This document shows, piece by piece, positions 6,931 through 12,815 of a stretch of 12,815 nt of DNA (positions within the stretch are counted from its first letter, which is position 1; each line of letters begins with the position of its first letter). Below the pieces are notes generated by a model, which saw only the letters and a list, made by a program, of their open reading frames with translations, searched no databases and had not been told where the DNA came from. The translations under genes and the position numbers were made by a program. This stretch comes from Candidatus Hadarchaeales archaeon (GTDB lineage: Archaea > Hadarchaeota > Hadarchaeia > Hadarchaeales > Hadarchaeaceae), in the NCBI GenBank assembly GCA_038872135.1, contig JAVZGN010000025.1:1-12815 (forward strand), written 5' to 3'.

Positions 6931-7359
6931 ATGGAACTCAGAGAAGCATTCCTGCTAGTGGCATTGGTAGCGATTCTTCAATTGACGTTCGGAGTTACCA
7001 TTTTCTTTCTTTTCCCCTCCCCCTCCTTTACTTTTGTTCATATGTTTATGGCAGTTCTTGTGATGGTCTTGGTAGCAGGAATCATCGCTTCAATCCTCAT
7101 TTTCATCACCCGACGATATTCCCGTGAGCGTAGCTTTCGGATGGTTTTGATGACTCTCACCGAGGATGAGCGGAAGGTCTTTGAAGCCGTGATGAGGGCC
7201 GGCGGCGAGGCCCGGCAGGATAAGCTTAGAAAGGACCTTGACATGTCAAAAGCAAAGCTCAGCGCCATCGTCAACAACCTAGAGAAAAAACACATGATAT
7301 CAAAGGAGCGCTACTGGAAGACAAACATCATCCGGGTGTCAAAGGAGTTAGCCAGCTGA
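6931..7359 (+). CDS. Membrane-anchored winged-helix transcriptional regulator (COG2512-like C-terminal domain)
   Basis: Two N-terminal TM helices followed by LTEDERKVFEAVMRAGGEARQDKLRKDLDMSKAKLSAIVNNLEKKHMISKERYWKTNII, the wHTH pattern of archaeal membrane-associated regulators. Confidence 0.85.
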   Translation: MELREAFLLVALVAILQLTFGVTIFFLFPSPSFTFVHMFMAVLVMVLVAGIIASILIFITRRYSRERSFRMVLMTLTEDERKVFEAVMRAGGEARQDKLRKDLDMSKAKLSAIVNNLEKKHMISKERYWKTNIIRVSKELAS

Positions 7360-7986
7360 TTTCTTTCTGTTTGGGCAGACCCTCCGCAACTCACAGATGT
7401 CACACTTGGGATACCTCGGCCGGCAAACTTCCCTTCCGAAGAGGACAAGCCCGCGGTTTATGAGTCGCCACCGGTTTTTTGGGAAAATCTTCTTCAGCGC
7501 CGGCCCAACCTCCTCGATTTTCGCAGTCTCTGGAACAAGTCCTAGTCTCCTGCTTATCCTGTTTACGTGAGTGTCAACTGGAATGGCAGGAATCCCAAAT
7601 CCATAGCAGAGGGTAACATCGGCAGTTTTTGGCCCAACCCCTGGGAGCTCCATCAGGGCTTCTCTGCAGGCAGGGACAGCGCCCCCATGTTTTTCTAGGA
7701 GGATTCTTGCGATTTTCTTTATCCTTTCAGCCTTCTGCTTGGCGAACCCAGCCTTCTTGATCAATTTTGCGATTTTTGCTGTCGGAAGGGCTGCTATCTC
7801 TCTCGGTGTATCTGCCACGGAGAAAAGGCGGGCGCTAGCCTCATCAGTGTTTTCCTCTCTTGTGCGCTGAGATATTACACAACTTATAAGCACTTTGAAA
7901 GGATCGTCTTTCTTCTCTAGAATCGACTTCCCATATCTATTCTCCAGCACAGAAACTAGTCTACCGGCAATTTTCTCACGCCGCAT
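7348..7986 (-). CDS. nth: Endonuclease III (HhH-GPD DNA glycosylase/AP lyase with [4Fe-4S])
   Basis: DPFKVLISCVISQRT, HhH LPGVGPKTA (catalytic Lys), PVDTHVNR (catalytic Asp) and C-x6-C-x2-C-x5-C (CRPRYPKCDICELRRVC). Confidence 0.95.
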   Translation of the reverse strand: MRREKIAGRLVSVLENRYGKSILEKKDDPFKVLISCVISQRTREENTDEASARLFSVADTPREIAALPTAKIAKLIKKAGFAKQKAERIKKIARILLEKHGGAVPACREALMELPGVGPKTADVTLCYGFGIPAIPVDTHVNRISRRLGLVPETAKIEEVGPALKKIFPKNRWRLINRGLVLFGREVCRPRYPKCDICELRRVCPNRKKSAG

Positions 7987-7988
7987 CG

Positions 7989-8336
7989 TTATTCCTCAGG
8001 CTCGATAATATAGTATCTTCCGAGCCTTTCGCAGATGGTTTTTGCGATGGCATGATAGCACATGTCTACGTCAGCTTTTCCTGTGGCGATATTCATCACA
8101 TAGTCCTTGCAGCTGCAGAAATTTTTCACCACCTCGTATTCATCGGTTCTCCCCCTGACAAACCACCTTTTTCCCCTCTTGATAACCCCCTTTCTTTTAA
8201 TAACATCTACTGCCTTAGTCCCCCTTCTACCATAAACGGTGATGATTTTCTTCTCAACTTCCTCTGTAAGGGTGGCGCCAGGTTTCAGTAGCTCCAACAG
8301 CTCTTTCTTTTTGATCAAAAATGTCTCGGAAACCAT
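7989..8336 (-). CDS. SWIM zinc-finger protein, SWS1/ZSWIM7-like
   Basis: CSC-x16-CYH SWIM motif preceded by YG...KAVDVI...WFVRG...Y. The start is probably ATG 8336 (alternative TTG 8363). The stop is 2 nt before the nth ATG. Confidence 0.8.
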   Translation of the reverse strand: MVSETFLIKKKELLELLKPGATLTEEVEKKIITVYGRRGTKAVDVIKRKGVIKRGKRWFVRGRTDEYEVVKNFCSCKDYVMNIATGKADVDMCYHAIAKTICERLGRYYIIEPEE

Positions 8337-8385
8337 CGTCTTCAAAAATCTTTGTAGTGGCAATTTATCTCAGTTCTGGTTGGGG

Positions 8386-8396
8386 GATTAATAAAA
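8386..8396. promoter_or_regulatory. AT box in the divergent SWIM/rsmA intergenic region
   Basis: GATTAATAAAA lies about 22-32 nt upstream of the rsmA ATG, consistent with a leaderless archaeal promoter. It may also serve the divergent gene. Confidence 0.35.
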
Positions 8397-8417
8397 TCAG
8401 AAGCCGAAAAGAGAGCG

Positions 8418-9254
8418 ATGGACATTTCAGAAATTTTGAGTGAGGTCGGGTGGCTGAGGAAGAGCTCAGGCCAGCATCTCCTCCTCGACCAGGTGCTGCT
8501 CGAAAGGATAGTGGGCTATGGGGAGATAACGAAAGATGACATTGTGCTGGAAATCGGGACGGGGGTAGGAAACCTTACAGAACTTCTCTCCCGTGAGGCA
8601 GGAAAAGTTATTTCCATCGAGAAGGACCCGAAGCTTTTGGAAATAGCTAGGCGGCAGCTTCAGAAGAGAAAAAATGTAGTTCTGATTAGGGAGGATGCCC
8701 TTAGGGTCGATTTTCCGGAGTTCACAAAAGTTGTCTCAAATCTCCCCTACGGCATTTCCTCCCCCCTAACTTTCAAACTGCTTGAGCGGGATTTCAGGCT
8801 TGGGGTGTTGATGTACCAGAAGGAATTTGCGGAGAGAATGATTGCAAGGCCCGGCACAGAAGCTTACAGCCGCCTAACAGTTGGCGTTCACTATCGGGCC
8901 GATGTGGAGATCCTAGAAGAGGTGCCCCCGGCAGCATTTTTCCCCCAGCCCAAAGTTACATCGGTGGTTGTGAGGGTAAAGCCGAGGAAGCCACCCTTTA
9001 AAGTGAGCGATGAGAAAATGTTTTTTTCAGTCGTGAAGGCACTCTTCCAGCATAGGAGGCAGCTGGTGAAGAACTCTCTTTTCCATTCATTTGAGCAGGT
9101 TTTTCCGGGAAGGCGATTTCAAAAAACCGAAAAGAAAGAGATAATAGATAAAATCATCCCAAAGGAGCTTGCAGAAAGAAGAGTGATGGATCTTCCGCCC
9201 GAGGCTTTCGCGAGAATTGCAGAACTTTTGAAAGAATTCAGGTTTTCTCCATAA
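8418..9254 (+). CDS. rsmA: 16S rRNA adenine dimethyltransferase RsmA/KsgA/Dim1
   Basis: GQHLLLD, VLEIGTGVGNLT (SAM motif I), IEKD, VVSNLPYGISSP, MYQKEFAERM, YSRLTV, FFPQPKVTS and FQHRR. Confidence 0.95.
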   Translation: MDISEILSEVGWLRKSSGQHLLLDQVLLERIVGYGEITKDDIVLEIGTGVGNLTELLSREAGKVISIEKDPKLLEIARRQLQKRKNVVLIREDALRVDFPEFTKVVSNLPYGISSPLTFKLLERDFRLGVLMYQKEFAERMIARPGTEAYSRLTVGVHYRADVEILEEVPPAAFFPQPKVTSVVVRVKPRKPPFKVSDEKMFFSVVKALFQHRRQLVKNSLFHSFEQVFPGRRFQKTEKKEIIDKIIPKELAERRVMDLPPEAFARIAELLKEFRFSP

Positions 9255-11421
9255 ACTCTTCTGGAGAAGGCGGCTCCAACTTTAGGCCCTTCCTCTTTCT
9301 CGTCTGCGAGATCACCTGCGCCTCAAGCTCTTTCGGTAGCCGCTCAAACTTCTCAAAGGATGTAGCCCAAATGGCCCTCCCTTCTGTTTCCGATCTGAGC
9401 TCCGCGGCGAGACCGAAGGAGTTGGCCACCGGCAGCAATGCTCTGAGGATAATAATGTCTTCTTCTGTCTGCATGTCGATTATTCTACCTCTCCTTCCCT
9501 GGATGACTTTTGTGGCTCCTCCCATGAACTCCTGGGGAACCCTCACTTCAAGCCTCAGGATGGGCTCAAGGATCACCGGCTCCCCCAGCAGAATGCACGC
9601 CTGGATGGGGCGCCTGACCGCCGGGATGATCTGGGCGGGCCCCCTGTGCACAGAGTCCTCGTGGAGCATGGCATCTTCTATCAGGACCTTCAGCCCCCTG
9701 CTGGGCTCCCTCATTATTGGCCCCTCCTCAACAACATTTTTGAAAGCTTCAATAACATAATCTTCCACATCTTTCATGAACTGCACCCCCTTCGTCATAT
9801 CCACCAGAACATTGGGTCCAATTATCGCCATGACATTCTTTGCTGCGTGAGCCTCCCATCCAAGCTTTCTTAAAACAGTTGGCCGGCTTTCTTCATCCGA
9901 AAGCCTTCCCTCCTCAATTGCCTGGATGACCTCCGGCTCAAGCGGCTCGACAGATATCAGGAACCTGTTGTGCCTGTTCGGGGATTTTCCCTCCACCGGT
10001 CCAGCCCTTTTTGTGAGGGTCTCCCTGTAGACCACAAGAGGCTCGGAAGTCTTCACCTCCAGCCCGGCCTCCTTCAGCTTGTATTCCACAATCTCCAGAT
10101 GAACTTCCCCCATCCCCGAGACAAGATACTCACCGGTTTCCTCGTTTATCTTCACCTTGATGTTCGGGTCCTCTCTAGCTATTTTCTTGAGCTTGTCAAC
10201 AAGTTTGGGAAGGTCTTGGAAGTTCTTCGGTTCTACCGCCACTGTCACGACCGGCTCGCTTATATACCGGAGCTCTTCAAAGCCCTTCCCCTCAACCCCG
10301 CTTTCAATGATAGTTTCCCCAACTACTGCCTCCTTCATCCCGATGATTGCAGCGATGTTGCCGGCCGGTACCTTCTCCACAAGCACTCTGTCTGGTCCCA
10401 TGTAAACCGAAACCTGCTGAATCTTCGCCTCCTGTTTTGCGTTGACAAGTCTGACTGACTTTCCCTTCTCCAGCGTCCCTGAAACAACCCTTCCCGTTGA
10501 GATGACGCCCGCCTGCTCATCAACCACTATGTCTGTTATCACCATACAGACTGGGCCGTTTGGGTCTGCGTTTACCATCGCTTGGCCTAGGGGAGTGTTT
10601 ATATCTCCCTTCCAGAGAATCGGAATCCGGTGCTGCTGGGCCTCCTTTGGGTTGGGGAGGTGGTTTACAACCATGTCTAGAATCACCTCATAGACAGGGC
10701 TTTTCTTTGCCAGCTCTTCCTGAGTTCCGTTCTGGTAGGCAGTGATTATGTCCCTGAAAGTTATGCCCTTCTTCTTCATCTGGGGAACCGAGAGGGCCCA
10801 CTTCTCCTTGGCCGAGCCAAATCCAACCGAGCCATTCTCAACGCTCACCAGCCATTTCTCCGCCAGCTCTTTCGGGGCAAACCTTCTGATCAGCTCGTTG
10901 AACTTCGTTATCAGCTTGATGAACCTCGCCTGCATTTCCTCGGGTGTCAGCCTCAGCTCTGTGATGAGCCTGTCCACCTTGTTTATGTACAGGACTGGTT
11001 TTGTTCTCTCCTGAAGGGCCTGCCTCACAACGGTTTCCGTCTGAGGCATCACCCCCTCAACTGCATCGACAACGACCACAACACCATCTATCGCCCTCAG
11101 GGCTCTCGTGACATCCCCGGTGAAGTCCACGTGGCCAGGGGTGTCCAATAAGTTTATGAGGTACTCCTTTCCGTCGAGGGTGTGGGAGAGACTGACGGCA
11201 GATGTCTGAACCGTTATCCCCCGCTGCTGTTCTATTTCCAGATAGTCTGTGAAGAGCTGTTCTCCGGCGAGTTCAAAGCTGATTATTCCTGAGGCCGCAA
11301 CCAGGGAGTCGGTTAAAGTTGTCTTCCCGTGGTCGACATGGGCAACTATTCCTATGTTTCTTATGTGCTCGGGCTTCCACATCAGCTTCTGAACCTCATC
11401 CAGGTGCTTGTACCTCCTCAT
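9238..11421 (-). CDS. fusA: Archaeal translation elongation factor 2 (aEF-2)
   Basis: IRNIGIVAHVDHGKTT, RGIT, DTPGHVDF, NKVD, GMGEVHLE, KSPNRHN and the diphthamide loop LHEDSVHRGPAQ. 727 aa, with SD GGAGTGA upstream. Confidence 0.98.
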   Translation of the reverse strand: MRRYKHLDEVQKLMWKPEHIRNIGIVAHVDHGKTTLTDSLVAASGIISFELAGEQLFTDYLEIEQQRGITVQTSAVSLSHTLDGKEYLINLLDTPGHVDFTGDVTRALRAIDGVVVVVDAVEGVMPQTETVVRQALQERTKPVLYINKVDRLITELRLTPEEMQARFIKLITKFNELIRRFAPKELAEKWLVSVENGSVGFGSAKEKWALSVPQMKKKGITFRDIITAYQNGTQEELAKKSPVYEVILDMVVNHLPNPKEAQQHRIPILWKGDINTPLGQAMVNADPNGPVCMVITDIVVDEQAGVISTGRVVSGTLEKGKSVRLVNAKQEAKIQQVSVYMGPDRVLVEKVPAGNIAAIIGMKEAVVGETIIESGVEGKGFEELRYISEPVVTVAVEPKNFQDLPKLVDKLKKIAREDPNIKVKINEETGEYLVSGMGEVHLEIVEYKLKEAGLEVKTSEPLVVYRETLTKRAGPVEGKSPNRHNRFLISVEPLEPEVIQAIEEGRLSDEESRPTVLRKLGWEAHAAKNVMAIIGPNVLVDMTKGVQFMKDVEDYVIEAFKNVVEEGPIMREPSRGLKVLIEDAMLHEDSVHRGPAQIIPAVRRPIQACILLGEPVILEPILRLEVRVPQEFMGGATKVIQGRRGRIIDMQTEEDIIILRALLPVANSFGLAAELRSETEGRAIWATSFEKFERLPKELEAQVISQTRKRKGLKLEPPSPEEFMEKT

Positions 11422-11452
11422 TTAGCTCACTCCAAAATCTTTGAAGCGGGGG

Positions 11453-12634
11453 TTAAAATAGGCGTCGGATGGGGAGGAAGTTCGACTCTATCTCTTCCTT
11501 TCCTTTCTCAGGGGCCGGGAACTCCTTTGGGATTTCCTCCTTCCTCTGGCCGATTCCAATCGTGTTGCCGATACCGGCCACAATCACGGTGTCCCCCGGC
11601 TTTGTTCTTTGAAGAATTCCTCTTTTAACGAATTCCACAGCGGTCTGGCTTCCCTTCGCCAGATCTCTGTGCATCGGCTTTATCGCCTCTATGAAGGCTT
11701 CCTTGATGGCAATGGCGTCGACAGGGATTTTCAGCTTTGTGGCGATCTCCTCTATCTTGTATTTCTCTGTCGGAGGGCCACCTATCGCGGCTCCGACTCC
11801 TTCGACAACCTCCCCGCTTTTCTCTCCCTCCAGCTTCCCGGCGGCATCGATCATGATTATCCTGGCGATCTTTCTCCTCCTGGCAAGCCACCTAATGAGT
11901 TCACCTGGTTTTCCAACTCTCCCCCCTGGTCCCTTTGCTTTTACCACCAAGAGCTTCCTTTTCTCAAATTCAATCTCTGTATATACTGTGTCCTTGATCG
12001 GCTCTTTCCACTCCCCTCCCTCTCCGAGGAGGGCGGCGACGAGAGCCCCGGCGCCATCCCCTATAGGCTTTCTTTCAGCAAATGCCTTGGTGGCCTCCAA
12101 ATAGCCCTTTGCAGCCTCTCTTATGAAGGGGAGGTTCATCTGGAGGAGCATCGTAAGCTGGATGTTCTTGGTTTTGTTTGCGAGAATCGTGAAGTGGCGC
12201 ATGAGGCGGTATAGGATGTAGCTGGCCATAGCGCCCTCTATGACCATCTCCAGGTCTGCCGCGGCTTCAGGATCAGCGTTTGGTGCGAATCTTTTTACAG
12301 CGTCCTCAAACCTGTGCTTTCTCACATCCAGAATGTGTTCGAGTCTAGAAATCACGCCTACTGGATCCTCGCTCACCGGCTCTATCGCAAAAAATTCGAG
12401 AAAATTGTCGAACTCCTTTTCGAAGTCCCTCTTTGTGCGGCCGTGCTTGGTTATAGCTCTTATCGCCACAAGCCTCCCCTCCTTTGCCCACTGCTCAAGC
12501 TCCTTTGTGCATTTTCTCAGCTGTCCTACTCCCAACCTGGCCTGCATGCTGTACATATATGGCATGAGGAGGAGGGAGAGGAGGCTGTAAATCATCAGGA
12601 TCGTAATCCAGGCAACAATGTCTATTTCCGCCAT
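11453..12634 (-). CDS. DUF1512 family membrane-anchored protein
   Basis: N-terminal TM helix, IEPVSEDPVG, PIGDGAGALVA, KAKGPGGRVGKPGE, IIMIDAAGKLEGEKSG, GVGAAIGGP..EKYKIE and GIGNTIGIGQ. SD GAGGAG upstream. Confidence 0.85.
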   Translation of the reverse strand: MAEIDIVAWITILMIYSLLSLLLMPYMYSMQARLGVGQLRKCTKELEQWAKEGRLVAIRAITKHGRTKRDFEKEFDNFLEFFAIEPVSEDPVGVISRLEHILDVRKHRFEDAVKRFAPNADPEAAADLEMVIEGAMASYILYRLMRHFTILANKTKNIQLTMLLQMNLPFIREAAKGYLEATKAFAERKPIGDGAGALVAALLGEGGEWKEPIKDTVYTEIEFEKRKLLVVKAKGPGGRVGKPGELIRWLARRRKIARIIMIDAAGKLEGEKSGEVVEGVGAAIGGPPTEKYKIEEIATKLKIPVDAIAIKEAFIEAIKPMHRDLAKGSQTAVEFVKRGILQRTKPGDTVIVAGIGNTIGIGQRKEEIPKEFPAPEKGKEEIESNFLPIRRLF

Positions 12635-12660
12635 GTTCTCCTCTACTATTCTCTTCCATA

Positions 12661-12682
12661 CAAAAGAATATATGTTTTGAAA
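12661..12682. promoter_or_regulatory. Probable shared bidirectional TATA region for DUF1512 and tRNA-Leu
   Basis: AATATATG (12667-12674) lies about 33 nt from the DUF1512 ATG and about 25 nt from the tRNA 5' end, within a 64-nt divergent gap. Confidence 0.4.
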
Positions 12683-12698
12683 ACATGAAAACTTTGGA

Positions 12699-12786
12699 GC
12701 GGGGGTAGCCGAGCCAGGTCTAAGGCGCCAGATTCAGGGTCTGGTCCCGTAGGGGTTCGGGGGTTCAAATCCCCTCCCCCGCACCA
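12699..12786 (+). tRNA. tRNA-Leu (anticodon CAG), intronless, CCA encoded
   Basis: Acceptor stem GCGGGGG/CCCCCGC, anticodon stem CCAGA/TCTGG with loop TT-CAG-GG (CAG 12735-12737), long variable arm CCC-GTA-GGG, T arm GGGGG-TTCAAAT-CCCCT, discriminator A, then CCA. Confidence 0.98.
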
Positions 12787-12815
12787 CGCTTCAAATGGCA
12801 AATAGGCCGAACACT

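Noticed and set aside
9640..9670. Diphthamide-less EF-2 paralogue
   Set aside because: The HEDSVHRG motif with its target His is intact.
740..12688. Numerous antisense or alternate-frame ORFs (e.g. 971-1600, 2835-3407, 5579-6091, 9970-10458, 11609-12214)
   Set aside because: They are shadow ORFs inside well-supported genes, with no motifs or translation signals.
12699..12815. tRNA as integration site, or tRNA intron
   Set aside because: I noticed no duplicate of the tRNA 3' end or integrase in the window, and the cloverleaf is complete without a BHB intron. Only 29 nt downstream are visible.

Overview
Archaeal chromosomal window (aEF-2 with intact diphthamide HRG motif, DUF1512, TATA-like promoters, intronless tRNA-Leu(CAG)); the lineage cannot be fixed from sequence alone. 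The right half is housekeeping: nth, an SWS1/ZSWIM7-like SWIM protein, rsmA/ksgA, aEF-2, DUF1512 and tRNA-Leu. The left half is more accessory: an AT-rich truncated winged-helix gene followed by an array of TTACT-N7-9-RGTAW quasi-palindromes lying between convergent genes, a surface protein with a class III-like signal peptide and a divergent M23-like domain, acetyl-CoA synthetase, a small membrane protein, and a three-gene operon (DUF5667-like repeat surface protein, 2-TM microprotein, membrane-anchored wHTH regulator). The best candidates for something undescribed are this operon (possible archaeal transmembrane signalling module), the SWIM-nth coupling, the M23-like surface protein and the palindrome array. 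All family calls come from motif recognition, not database searches.
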